A DNA stretch of 64,000 nucleotides from NCBI GenBank assembly GCA_965204095.1, contig OZ241991.1:2376720-2440719 (forward strand). Direction: 5' to 3'. This DNA comes from Bryobacterales bacterium (GTDB lineage Bacteria > Acidobacteriota > Terriglobia > Bryobacterales > UBA6623). Every line of letters starts with the position of its first letter. Position 1 is the stretch's first letter. This document shows, in pieces, positions 16,419-26,191 of this stretch. A program made the translations under genes and the position numbers. The notes beneath the pieces were generated by a model. That model did no database searches. It was not told the origin of the DNA and saw nothing but the letters and a program-made list of their open reading frames with translations.

Positions 16419-17578
16419 ACGCTACACAGACGCGCTCCTACCTGCCTCATCTCGTCCGCACGCGTTTGCGCACCCTCGGCGGCCGCCGCGTCACACCACC
16501 GTTCCTCACTCTCTACGTGACGACGCGCTGCGACGAGCAGTGCATCCATTGCTACTACTGGGACGAGCTGAACCCCAAGCCGAACCGCGACTTCACTCTG
16601 GAAGAGTTCGACAAGACGCTTGCCTCGATGGGCGAAATCTTCAACCTCTTCATCGGCGGAGGCGAACCGTTCCTGCGCGCGGACCTGGCCGACATCCTTC
16701 TCGCCGCCGCCCGACGGAACGACGTTGCGAACGTTTACGTTCCGACCAACGGCCAGCACACCGGGCGCACGGTCGAGATTCTGGAAGAGACGCTGACAAA
16801 AGCGCCGGCCATGCGCTTCCATCTGAACCTCAGCGTCGATCACGTCGACGAAGAGATCCATGACCGGATTCGAGGCAAGACCCGGGGGCATCAGCGCCTG
16901 CTTGCAACGCTCGATGCGATCCGGCCGCTACGGAAGCGGTTCAGCAACCTGATCGTTCACACCCTGACGACGGTGATGAAAGAGAACCAGAACCGCATAC
17001 TCGAGATCTATGAAGAGCTGCAACGCCGCTTTCAGCCGGATGGGGCTTCGTTCAACTATTGCCGCGGACATCCGCTCGACCCGGAGCAGACCGAGGTCGA
17101 TCCGGCGATCTACCGTCGGCTGATGGATCGCATGGAGCAGGACTTCAAGGCAGGCCGCATCTCGCACGCGGGCCCAAGCGAGTACACCGGCGCGAACCAC
17201 ATCCTCGACCAGGAGGTTCGCCGTACCGTCGAGCAGACCGTAGTCCGGCAACGGGCGCAGTTCTCGTGCGTTTCGGGGCGGCTGGCCGGCGTCATCTACA
17301 GCAACGGCGACGTGGTCGAGTGCGAGATCAACAACTCGAAGCTCGGAAATCTGCGCGATGTGGACTACGACTTCCGGCGTTTGTGGTTCACGGATGAGGC
17401 GCGCGAAGTGGCGCGCAAGGCTGCGGACGGCTGCTTCTGCACCCACGAATGCGGACACTACGCATCGACGATCTATAGCTTCCCAAGTGTGGTGAAGATT
17501 GCGGCCAAGGCTTTGGCAGAGCGTCCCCGACTCGAAAAAGGCAACACGTTGGTCGATCAGGATGGCCCGCAAACTTGA
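16415..17578 (+). CDS. Radical SAM protein with a SPASM/twitch-like C-terminal Cys cluster
   Basis: CDEQCIHC (CxxxCxxC) near the N-terminus and C-terminal CVSG...VECE...CFCTHECGHY. ATG 16415 overlaps the mobA-like stop (ATGA). Confidence 0.75.
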   Translation: MNATQTRSYLPHLVRTRLRTLGGRRVTPPFLTLYVTTRCDEQCIHCYYWDELNPKPNRDFTLEEFDKTLASMGEIFNLFIGGGEPFLRADLADILLAAARRNDVANVYVPTNGQHTGRTVEILEETLTKAPAMRFHLNLSVDHVDEEIHDRIRGKTRGHQRLLATLDAIRPLRKRFSNLIVHTLTTVMKENQNRILEIYEELQRRFQPDGASFNYCRGHPLDPEQTEVDPAIYRRLMDRMEQDFKAGRISHAGPSEYTGANHILDQEVRRTVEQTVVRQRAQFSCVSGRLAGVIYSNGDVVECEINNSKLGNLRDVDYDFRRLWFTDEAREVARKAADGCFCTHECGHYASTIYSFPSVVKIAAKALAERPRLEKGNTLVDQDGPQT

Positions 17579-18209
17579 GCTGCAGATCGCTCTCGACTGC
17601 CTGAGAGTCGAGGAAGCCCTGCGGCTGATGGAGCAGGTTCACCCGTACGTGGACATCGTCGAGATTGGCACACCACTGATCTTCGAAGCGGGTTTGGCGG
17701 CGGTCGAACAGATCAAGTCGAGATATCCGGACAAGAGCTGCGTCGCCGACCTCAAGATCATGGACGCCGGCAGGGTCGAGGCAAGCAGCGGCTTCAAGCG
17801 CGGCGCAGATATCGTAACCATACTCGGGATCGCCGCCGACATGACGATACAGGCGGCCCTGGAGGCCGCCGCGGACCACGGCGGCAAAGTGATGGCCGAC
17901 CTGATCAATGCGCCCGACCCGGTTCGCCGCTGCCGGGAACTCGATGCGCTCGGCGTTCCGATCCTCTGTCTGCACACCGCTTTCGATCGGCAGGGCGTTG
18001 AAAAGGCCGATGCACAGCCGCTGGCAGAAGTGCGCCGGCAAACGACGTGCCGGCTTGCCGTCGCCGGAGGCATTACCCTCGATACCATGCCCGCGGTCAT
18101 CCAGAACGGCGCCGACGTCGTCATCGTCGGCGGAGCCATTGCCCGCGACCCCAATCCCGGCGAAGCGGCCGCCGCGATGAAGCAGCTCGCCGGGAGCCCG
18201 ACATCGTGA
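17562..18209 (+). CDS. hxlA: 3-hexulose-6-phosphate synthase-like (OMP decarboxylase superfamily)
   Basis: LELQIALDCLRVEEALRLMEQVHPYVDIVEIGTPL...ADLKIMDAG is typical of HPS / KGPDC enzymes. It overlaps the upstream gene by 17 nt. Confidence 0.7.
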   Translation: MARKLELQIALDCLRVEEALRLMEQVHPYVDIVEIGTPLIFEAGLAAVEQIKSRYPDKSCVADLKIMDAGRVEASSGFKRGADIVTILGIAADMTIQAALEAAADHGGKVMADLINAPDPVRRCRELDALGVPILCLHTAFDRQGVEKADAQPLAEVRRQTTCRLAVAGGITLDTMPAVIQNGADVVIVGGAIARDPNPGEAAAAMKQLAGSPTS

Positions 18210-18772
18210 ATACCCTGAAAAAGACCCTGACCGAGATGCAGGCGGAAATCCGCGATTGCCTCGATGCCGTGTCCGATCAAGCCGTCGAGCAGGCCGTCGA
18301 GGACATTCTGTCCGCCGGTAAGATCGTGCTTGCCGCCGCCGGCCGGAGCGGTGCAGCCCTGCGAGCCGGAGCGATCCGGCTCAGACACCTCGGCCTCGAC
18401 GCCTACCTGAGCGGCGAGACATCGACTCCTCCCGTCGGTCCCGGCGACTTGCTGATTGTCGGTTCCGGCTCGGGGCGAACGCAGAGCGTTCTCGCTCAAG
18501 CCGGAAAGGCCCGACAAGCCGGCACGAGGCTGCTGCTGATCACCGTCGACCCGACTTCGCCCCTTGCCGCGTCGGCGGACACGGTCGTGGTGATTCCCGC
18601 CTCCTCGCCGAAAGCCGAAGGTCCGGGTCAGGGCAAAACATCCATTCAGCCCATGGCCTCACTGTTCGAGCAGTGCCTTTTCCTGTTGATGGATGCGCTG
18701 GTGATCCTGCTGATGAACCGGCTCGGAGCGACCTCCGAAGACATGTTCAAGCGTCACGCCAACCTGGAGTGA
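18206..18772 (+). CDS. hxlB: 6-phospho-3-hexuloisomerase-like SIS-domain protein
   Basis: SIS-domain pattern (KIVLAAAGRSGAALRAGAIRLRHLG...LLIVGSGSGRT). GTG 18206 overlaps the hxlA-like stop (GTGA). Confidence 0.65.
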   Translation: MNTLKKTLTEMQAEIRDCLDAVSDQAVEQAVEDILSAGKIVLAAAGRSGAALRAGAIRLRHLGLDAYLSGETSTPPVGPGDLLIVGSGSGRTQSVLAQAGKARQAGTRLLLITVDPTSPLAASADTVVVIPASSPKAEGPGQGKTSIQPMASLFEQCLFLLMDALVILLMNRLGATSEDMFKRHANLE

Positions 18773-18779
18773 GCGACTT

Positions 18780-18970
18780 GGCCGTGGTTCGTGTCTCGTG
18801 TTCCGTGATCCGAAAACCGAGGCAGGCGAAAAAAGGCCGTGATTCGTGTCTCGTGTCTCGTGATTCGTGAAAAACCTTACAGGCCGTGTTGCTGGCGCCA
18901 AGCCGCTCGCGCCTCGTCCTGACAGCCCTCTCACACACTTCGCCTCGCGACGTGATGGGAAATGCAGGCT
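18780..18970 (+). mobile_element. MITE-like repeat, 3' partial (copy 4)
   Basis: Two heptamer blocks (18785-18818 and 18831-18876) and the conserved 3' arm ending GGGAAATGCAGGCT. Confidence 0.7.
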
Positions 18971-19290
18971 CACCATGGCCTTACTGTAGCCAGGATATTG
19001 TCCTTGTCAACGACGTCGATGGGGAAAAGCCGTGTCTCGTGAAGAGAGCAGGACGCGCTCCGACGAGCGTGCATGGCGACGCCACACCCGTTGAGCCGGC
19101 AGTAAAGCGGCGGAGGTCATGACCGTTTCGATGCCCCTTTTCCGACCGTGTTCGACCGCTAGAAGAAGGGATCGGACGGGGCTCGGTTTTACGGATCACC
19201 TGCCCTGTGCAGCCTCACTTGGAGGCCGAATTCAGCGCCGTGCAGCGTGCTAGAGTGATGAGTCACCTCAGCCTTCACTTGCGCCTCGCC

Positions 19291-21168
19291 ATGGATCGAA
19301 TCGGACGCTACGAGATCGTTTCAGAACTAGGCCGCGGGGCCATGGGAATCGTCTACCGCGCCCACGATACCCGCATCGCGCGGGACGTCGCGATCAAGAC
19401 CATCAAGCTCGCCGATCAAGCAGCCCCTGACGAAATGCAGGGGCTGCGAGAACGGCTTTTCCGCGAAGCGCAATCCGCCGGCCGGCTCTCCCATCCCGGT
19501 ATTGTCACGATTTACGACATTGCCGAGGAAAACGGCATCGCCTACATCACGATGGAATTCGTCGAGGGCCGCACGCTGGAAGAGTTGATGAATGCCGGCG
19601 AAGTCGGTGACTTGAAAGCCGTCGCGCAGTTGATCGATCAGATGGCGGGGGCTCTCGACTACGCACATGCACGGCAGATCGTTCACCGCGACGCCAAGCC
19701 CTCGAACATCCTCGTAACGCCCGACGGCCATACCAAGATCACGGACTTCGGCATAGCGCGCATCACATCATCGCAGATGACTCAGACCGGCACCGTGATG
19801 GGCACGCCCAGCTACATGTCTCCGGAGCAGGTGCGCGGCGAGTCGATCGACGGCAGATCGGATCAGTTCTCTCTCGCGGTGATGGCCTACGAACTGGTCA
19901 CGGGGCGCAAGCCGTTCATCGGAGACGGCCTTACGGACGTGATTTTCAAGATCGTCTCGGAGAAGCCGGAGCCGCCCAGCGCCATCAACACCGCTCTGCC
20001 TACGGAACTAGACAGAATCATTCTCAAAGGTTTGGCGAAACGCCCCGACGAACGTTTTCGGGATTGTCATGCGTTCGCGGCGGAGTTCAATGCTTGTCTG
20101 GCCGGTTACGAAACAGCGTCAACGATGGGTTCCGATGCGACCAGGACGACCCTCCGGGAGCCATCTCCCAGCATCATTTCCACACTCGATCAAACCGCTG
20201 CGATCAGCGGTGCATCGACGATAAAGAGCGGCGAACAGCAAGAGAACTTGCCCGCTGATAGCGCCGAGGCTCACAAGCTGCCGCCCTTGCGTTCAAGAGC
20301 CGCCGCGGGAGCCGATGCCGCGCCGAGCTCCCAGGCCGAGCCGTCCCCGCGCAGGAGGCGCACCCGCTTCGTGCTCGCAGCCTCGTTGGCCACGATGCTG
20401 GGCGTTGCAGCCACGGCGATCGCCATGAACCCATGGTTGCTGGACGACCCGCTGGGATTGTTGGAGCTGGTCGCCACCGACATCTTCGAACAGGTCGAGT
20501 CAACTCCTGAAAAGGGTGCTGGCGCCCCCAGTGAACCTGAAACCAGAATCAGCAGCTTGAGCGAGTCCCCACCTGCAACAAGCAGGGGTACTCCGGTACC
20601 GATCCGGCCAACCGAACCGAGTTTGGACAACCCGGCTGTCGTTGAAGAGGTCGAAGAGCCCGGCCCACCGCTGCCGGAAGAACCTTCCGAGACGGAGGAG
20701 GCCGCAGCCGTCGAGAAGACCCCACCGCCGCGCCCGGACACGCTGTCGAACGTGGTTGTCTCTTTCACAGGCCAACCCGGCGGAGCCAGGGTCGTCGTTG
20801 ACCAAAGAGAGGAATGGACTTGCACGTCGCCCTGCAACGTTGCAGTGCCGCCCGGCGATCATGCGGCGGTGATCAGGTCGGACGGCTACTTCCCGCACCG
20901 AAGAGCGTTCACGGTGGATGCAGACCCGTTGAAGGTGAACTTCTCGTTGGAGGAAATTCTCGGCACCCTCAAGGTAGCAACCGAGCCCTCCGGCGCCATG
21001 ATCTACGTAAATGGCGAAAAGCGCCCGGAAACCACGCCCGGTACGATCAAGTTGCCGCCCGGAAAACACGTCGTGCGCGTCGAGAGCAAAGACATGAGGC
21101 CCCTTCAGCGGACCGTCAATGTCGAGCCCAATACAACGATATCAATTCGATTCGCTTGGGGCCGATAG
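19291..21168 (+). CDS. Ser/Thr protein kinase with C-terminal PEGA domains
   Basis: Hanks kinase motifs (GRGAMGIVYRA, VAIK, HRDAKPSNIL, DFGIA, GTPSYMSPE). A Pro/Ala/Glu-rich linker with a TM segment follows, then two PEGA-like repeats. An alternative start is at 19258. Confidence 0.85.
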   Translation: MDRIGRYEIVSELGRGAMGIVYRAHDTRIARDVAIKTIKLADQAAPDEMQGLRERLFREAQSAGRLSHPGIVTIYDIAEENGIAYITMEFVEGRTLEELMNAGEVGDLKAVAQLIDQMAGALDYAHARQIVHRDAKPSNILVTPDGHTKITDFGIARITSSQMTQTGTVMGTPSYMSPEQVRGESIDGRSDQFSLAVMAYELVTGRKPFIGDGLTDVIFKIVSEKPEPPSAINTALPTELDRIILKGLAKRPDERFRDCHAFAAEFNACLAGYETASTMGSDATRTTLREPSPSIISTLDQTAAISGASTIKSGEQQENLPADSAEAHKLPPLRSRAAAGADAAPSSQAEPSPRRRRTRFVLAASLATMLGVAATAIAMNPWLLDDPLGLLELVATDIFEQVESTPEKGAGAPSEPETRISSLSESPPATSRGTPVPIRPTEPSLDNPAVVEEVEEPGPPLPEEPSETEEAAAVEKTPPPRPDTLSNVVVSFTGQPGGARVVVDQREEWTCTSPCNVAVPPGDHAAVIRSDGYFPHRRAFTVDADPLKVNFSLEEILGTLKVATEPSGAMIYVNGEKRPETTPGTIKLPPGKHVVRVESKDMRPLQRTVNVEPNTTISIRFAWGR

Positions 21169-21403
21169 CGGCCATCGACAGCCACGGAGTCCAATAAAAT
21201 CCGGTATTCCGCGCTCCCCGGCTTGCACTGTATGCAATAATGGGGCGACTTAAGCAGCTCGTCCCGAGCTGCCTGACTGTTTCTCGCGGAATCGAAGGAC
21301 GCCCTCTCGCACTCCCCGAATTCGCCGGCGATAGATTAAGCAGCCCGGAGCGAGCCACCCCGAGCAGAAGCGAGTACTCAAGTGAGTACTCAGGAGTTTT
21401 GAA

Positions 21404-21616
21404 GTGAGAGAGCAAGGCACTGTAAAGTGGTTCAACGACGCCAAGGGGTACGGATTCATCCAGCGCGCGAGCGGCGAGGATGTGTTCGTACATTTCTCGG
21501 CAATTCAAGCTGAAGGATACCGCAGCCTCCAAGAGGGAGCGGATGTCGAGTTCGACGTCCAGCAAGGCCCAAAGGGCCTGCAAGCTGTCAACGTGATGCC
21601 CCGAGCCAGCGACTGA
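21404..21616 (+). CDS. Cold-shock protein (CspA family)
   Basis: [15 protein letters not shown]...DVFVHFSAI with RNP1/RNP2 motifs. GTG start with AGGAG 8 nt upstream. Confidence 0.9.
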   Translation: MREQGTVKWFNDAKGYGFIQRASGEDVFVHFSAIQAEGYRSLQEGADVEFDVQQGPKGLQAVNVMPRASD

Positions 21617-21705
21617 TGGACGGGTTGGGTAGGCGCCCGCTATCCCTTCGGGAATCGAGTTAAGCTACGTTAGGAAAACAGACGGACGGAACCCTGTCCA
21701 GCTAA

Positions 21706-23010
21706 CTACCAAGCGACGAGAAGCCGGAGATCGCGGACATTGTTCCCTGTGGGACCGGTTGTCAAATTGTCTTGCAGCCGTTTGAAAAAGTGATACGAGT
21801 CGGACCGGCGGGCGAAATCGCCCGGATCCAAGCTCGATAACTGCGCCCGCTCCAGCGTTGACCCGTCCGCGACAGCTCCGGTGGCCGGCGAGTTGCCGTC
21901 AACTCCGTCCGTGCCCGCGCTGACAACAGCGATGTTGTCGCCGGCAATCTTTCCGACGCAATCGAGAACAAAAGCCTGATTGCGGCCTCCCTGTCCGTCA
22001 CCGATCACCGGACAACTCAACTCACCGCCCGTCAACAAGGCAACCGTGCGCCCGGGATTGTTCGAGCGGAGCTTGCGCAGCCCCGCGAGCAGATGGTCAA
22101 CGGCGCTCTCAAGGGGCCAATCATCGACGGAGATATCCGTCTCGACGACCCATCCTTTCGACCGCACCTGGTTCTCGAGACGATTCAACCCGTCCTGGTT
22201 ATCCAGGAGGCAGAACCAGGAGTTACCGTGAAAGGCCTCGTGGCCCGGTTTCGGTGTTTCGGGGATACGGCGGTCACGGAAGAAACCGCGGATCGATGCC
22301 GGCAGGCTTTCGACGATGCCGAGCTTCTCGGCAATCTCGATTGTGTCGCCGACCGTCGATTCGTCCGGCATCGTAGGACCCGACGCGACGGTCGATGGCT
22401 GCTCGGGAGGAACGTCGGAAACGTAGAAAGTGACTTGTCTGGCAGGGAAGGCCCTTTCAGCGAGCCGGCCTCCCTTGATGGCCGAGAAATGCTTGCGAAG
22501 CACATTCATTTGCACAATGTTCGCTCCGCACGTCACGAGCACGCGGTAGAACTCTCTCAGGTGGTCGATCGATATTTCATCCGAGATCGGTTTTTCACAG
22601 ATCGCGGACCCACCACCGGACAGAAGATAGACGACGAGGTGGTGCGGCTCAAGATCACTCAGCGCCTCGAGAGCACGTTCGGCGGCCTGCACGCTTTCCA
22701 AATTCGGATACGGATGCCCGCCCTGGTAGGTTACGAAATCGGGTTGATGCGGAGGCGTGAGAGAACTGACCGCCAAGCCACAGGCGGTTCGCGGCCGAAC
22801 CGTTTCCGCAAAGCCTTCGGCCATCTGAAAAGCCGCCTTGCCGATCGCAATCGTGACGATCTTCCTGTAGCGCTCCAATTCGATCCGCTCATCACCCCAA
22901 CAGAGCACACCCTCCCGGCACTTGATCTTCTCGTTCATCACGCGCCGGAGCGACAAATCTTCCAGCGCCGCGAGGAACAGTTGACGGAGTGTCTCCTTCA
23001 TGAAAGTCAT
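21706..23010 (-). CDS. Glycerate kinase (DUF4147 + MOFRL, hydroxypyruvate reductase/TtuD-type)
   Basis: 434-aa ORF with the MOFRL-family C-terminus (GGELSCPV...GGRNQAF...AGTDGVDG). Confidence 0.75.
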   Translation of the reverse strand: MTFMKETLRQLFLAALEDLSLRRVMNEKIKCREGVLCWGDERIELERYRKIVTIAIGKAAFQMAEGFAETVRPRTACGLAVSSLTPPHQPDFVTYQGGHPYPNLESVQAAERALEALSDLEPHHLVVYLLSGGGSAICEKPISDEISIDHLREFYRVLVTCGANIVQMNVLRKHFSAIKGGRLAERAFPARQVTFYVSDVPPEQPSTVASGPTMPDESTVGDTIEIAEKLGIVESLPASIRGFFRDRRIPETPKPGHEAFHGNSWFCLLDNQDGLNRLENQVRSKGWVVETDISVDDWPLESAVDHLLAGLRKLRSNNPGRTVALLTGGELSCPVIGDGQGGRNQAFVLDCVGKIAGDNIAVVSAGTDGVDGNSPATGAVADGSTLERAQLSSLDPGDFARRSDSYHFFKRLQDNLTTGPTGNNVRDLRLLVAW

Positions 23011-23046
23011 CCGGACTCAGCCTGTCCGGTCCAGCTCCTCAAGCTC

Positions 23047-23229
23047 TAGCCTGCATTTCTCACCACCCGACGGTCGAAGCACACGATACGACCGCCAGGA
23101 CTTCGTTGCGCTGGCTTGCCGTGCTCAACGTACTGTTCAAGTACGCCTGCGCGCGCCAAGCAGCTCGCGCCTAGTCCTGGCTGCCCTCTCACGCACTTCG
23201 CCTCGCCGCGTGGTGAGAAACGCAGGCTA
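23047..23229 (+). mobile_element. MITE-like repeat, short (~183 bp) variant (copy 5)
   Basis: TAGCCTGCATTTCTCACCACCCGACGG ... CCGCGTGGTGAGAAACGCAGGCTA. It is collinear with 36053, 43949 and 52815. Confidence 0.85.
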
Positions 23230-23261
23230 CCGACCGGCATGGCTTGGAGAACCAAATCATT

Positions 23262-23514
23262 AAGGCCGTGTTTCGTGTTTCGTGTCTCGTGTCTCGTGAA
23301 AACCATTGGCAGGGGCCTGGTTCGCTCCAGGAAGAAATCTCTGACGGCCGGTGAGCCGTAAAGGTCATATTTCGTGCCACCTGTTTCGTAACCCGAGGGC
23401 CAAAGGAGGCAATATGGAATATGGCCGCCACACCTGCGCGCCAAGCAGCTCGCGCCTCCTCCTGACGGCCTTCTCACGCACTTCGCCTCGCCACGTGGCG
23501 AGAAAAGCAGGCTA
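23262..23514 (+). mobile_element. MITE-like repeat, long variant lacking the 5' TIR (copy 6)
   Basis: A heptamer block is followed by the CCATTGGCAGGGGCCTGGTTCGCTCCAGGAAGAAATCTCTGACGG module. The 3' arm ends GGCGAGAAAAGCAGGCTA. It lies 32 bp after copy 5. Confidence 0.75.
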
Positions 23515-23666
23515 CCCTGTCCCGACCATCTTCTCATGCGACGCGCCTTGAAGTGTTCGAGGTAGCATACGCGACGTAGAAAATGGTCTTACGAATGTTG
23601 CGGCAGGATAAGGAAGAGGCGGCGGGTGCGTGAAGAGTTGTCGGGTTCCAGATCCCGGATACGCAG

Positions 23667-24629
23667 TCAGGCCGACATTCGGTCGGCAGCGCGGGCGGCG
23701 GTGTTTCTACCTTGCGGCATCGCGACCCGGCCGGCATAGCGCTCGAGGTAGCCCATCCAACGCTGCCTCACGCCCTCACCAGCGAAGTGGCTTTCCCAGT
23801 AAGCGAACAAGTCAGACCGCTCGCTTGCGATACGGCGTTTGAGAGCGTCCCGTAATCGCCGGGCCCCCTGCTGTTCGCGGAGACCGGGCCTCCTCAGCAG
23901 GGCCAGCGTGGCGGCGCAATCGTTCATCGTACCCAAGTGGTCCTGGAGCCGCCTGAGGGCGGTGATGTGCTTGTCGAGGGTGGGTCCGTAGCAAGGCTTG
24001 AACAACTCCAGGGTGTATCGAAAGCGTTTCGCCCGCAGTCGAAAGTCGTGCAGCTTCTTGTCGGGGGTCTTCACCTGAATCAGCCTGCGGCCCCTGTTGA
24101 AGAACTTCTGCGTCAGACTCGGCAACACGACGGCAGCGTTCTCCGAGCTTGTGAGGGTGGGGTCCCAAGTCGACTTGGCTCTTCCACGCCGATCGATATG
24201 CGAGCTTACAACGAGGCGCCGCCGCCACTTGTCCGACGGATTGCGCTTGCTCCACCGCTTTACATCCTCCTGAAAGCGTTTCGCGAACTCCTGCCGCTGT
24301 TTGGACAGGACACGAACCAAAGGAGTATCCGGTGTCAGCCCCGCGTCGCTGGCGAGTTGCAGGGCTATATCCCGATCGCGCACGATGCCCGCCGGTTTCA
24401 GGATTTCCCGCAGGCGTTTATCGAACTTGCGGGCGGGGCTGGGCAGGAAGAAACCATTGAACGCATCCACACAGCTTTCATAGCGACGGATCGAGACTCG
24501 CAGGTCGTGCACCGTATCCGCATCGGTCGATTTGCAGCCACGTCCAAGCTCATAAGCAAAGCGGTCGAGACGAGCTTCGCTCTGGCGAGCCACATACTCC
24601 TTCATGGGCGATATCGCTTCAGAAGACAT
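23667..24629 (-). CDS. CHAD domain-containing protein
   Basis: Repeated VHDLRVSIRRYES / LHDFRLRAKRFRYTLELF helices are characteristic of CHAD. Confidence 0.7.
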   Translation of the reverse strand: MSSEAISPMKEYVARQSEARLDRFAYELGRGCKSTDADTVHDLRVSIRRYESCVDAFNGFFLPSPARKFDKRLREILKPAGIVRDRDIALQLASDAGLTPDTPLVRVLSKQRQEFAKRFQEDVKRWSKRNPSDKWRRRLVVSSHIDRRGRAKSTWDPTLTSSENAAVVLPSLTQKFFNRGRRLIQVKTPDKKLHDFRLRAKRFRYTLELFKPCYGPTLDKHITALRRLQDHLGTMNDCAATLALLRRPGLREQQGARRLRDALKRRIASERSDLFAYWESHFAGEGVRQRWMGYLERYAGRVAMPQGRNTAARAADRMSA

Positions 24630-24850
24630 CAGTACTCGCGGTTAACTTTCAGGGAGACCGCCGCACCGGAGATCGGGTTTCAGCCCATTGCGTCCAACGG
24701 ACGATACAGCAGGAGCGCGTCTGCTGTCAAGGCGAATCCAGCGGGCGGCAAGAGCCTGACGCGGCCGGCGGCGCTTGCTTTGGCGCTCCGCCGACAGATA
24801 CCGACCCGTCTGCTCGACTAGAATTAAAGTACGTTCCGGACAACATCCCA

Positions 24851-26176
24851 ATGAGTGCGACGAGCAGCGGCGGCACGAACGGAGACGCGACGACCGTCGG
24901 CAACTACTTCGTCTCCAACTATCCGCCGTACAGCTTCTGGAATGCGCAGGCTGCCGAACAGGCCGTGGCCGCCCTGGACCATCCGCCGAGCATGGAAGGG
25001 CCTTTTGGGCTGTATCTTCACATCCCGTTCTGTCGCAAGCGCTGCCGCTTCTGCTACTTCAAGGTTTATACCGACAACGATTCGTCGGAGATCACCCGAT
25101 ATCTCGAAGGCGTCGCGAAGGAGTTGACACTCTACTCCAAAAAGCCGGCCGTCAGCGGGCGCAAACCAAAGTTCATCTATTTCGGAGGCGGCACTCCGTC
25201 GTACATTTCGACGCAACAGCTATCCCGGCTCGTGAACGCCATCCAGCCGCTCTTCCCCTGGGATGAAGCCGAGGAGATCACCTTCGAGTGCGAGCCGGGC
25301 ACGATCACCAAACATAAACTCGAGATCCTCCGCGACATCGGCGTGACCCGGCTGAGCCTCGGGATCGAGAACTTCGACGATGAGATCCTCGAAGTCAACG
25401 GCCGCGCCCATGGATCAAAAGAGGTCGACCGGGCCTACGGTTTCGCACGCGATACCGGCTTTCCGCAAATCAACATCGACCTGATTGCCGGGATGGTCGG
25501 CGAAACCGACGCCAACTGGGAGCAATGCGTCCGTAAGAGCATCGCGCTACAGCCTGACAGCATCACGATCTACCAAATGGAGCTGCCCCCGAACACCGTC
25601 ATATCCAAGGAGATGCGCATCAATGGGCAGCCCGCTCCCGTTGCGGACTGGAGGACGAAGCGCCATTGGACGGGCTACGCGTTCGCAGAGTTCGAAAAAG
25701 CCGGCTATACGCTGACGAGCGGCTACACAGCGGTCAGGGACACGGCGGCGGCCACCTTTCTCTACCGCGACCTGCTCTGGAGCGGCGCTGACATGTTAGG
25801 CATCGGGGTGTCCTCCTTCGGCCATCTGCAGGGAGTGCACATCCAAAACGAGCATCACATGCAGCCCTATCTCGATGCCGTCGAGGACGGTGAGATTCCG
25901 ATCCGCCGCGCGCTCCCGACGACCGCAGAGGAACGGATGATCCGTGAGTTCATTTTGCAGATGAAGAAAGGCCGTGTCGACAAACTGTACTTCCAATCCA
26001 AGTTTGGGGTTGAGCTACAGGACCGCTTCGGTACGGCCCTTGAAGAACTGCGCCGGAGAGGCCAGGTCGAGATCGACTCCGCCTGCATCACGCTCACCCG
26101 CGAGGGATTGCTCCGCGTCGATCAGTTGCTGCATCGATTCTTTCTTCCCCGTCATCGAGTCGCGAACGCCGCATAG
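24851..26176 (+). CDS. HemN-like radical SAM enzyme (coproporphyrinogen III oxidase-like family)
   Basis: LYLHIPFCRKRCRFCYF (CxxxCxxC), FGGGTPS, and a HemN_C-like C-terminus. Confidence 0.8.
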   Translation: MSATSSGGTNGDATTVGNYFVSNYPPYSFWNAQAAEQAVAALDHPPSMEGPFGLYLHIPFCRKRCRFCYFKVYTDNDSSEITRYLEGVAKELTLYSKKPAVSGRKPKFIYFGGGTPSYISTQQLSRLVNAIQPLFPWDEAEEITFECEPGTITKHKLEILRDIGVTRLSLGIENFDDEILEVNGRAHGSKEVDRAYGFARDTGFPQINIDLIAGMVGETDANWEQCVRKSIALQPDSITIYQMELPPNTVISKEMRINGQPAPVADWRTKRHWTGYAFAEFEKAGYTLTSGYTAVRDTAAATFLYRDLLWSGADMLGIGVSSFGHLQGVHIQNEHHMQPYLDAVEDGEIPIRRALPTTAEERMIREFILQMKKGRVDKLYFQSKFGVELQDRFGTALEELRRRGQVEIDSACITLTREGLLRVDQLLHRFFLPRHRVANAA

Positions 26177-26191
26177 ATCCCGCCATCGACG

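Noticed and set aside
21169-21403. Promoter or regulatory leader of the cold-shock gene
   Set aside because: A long 5' UTR is expected for csp genes. However, I could not place convincing -35/-10 boxes or a cold-box by eye, so no feature is called.
24646-24668. B12-box-like CAGGGAGACCGCC upstream of the HemN-like gene
   Set aside because: It sits at the very 5' edge of the intergenic region, so the rest of a cobalamin aptamer (GCCACUG core) would have to lie inside the divergent CHAD gene. No such core is seen.
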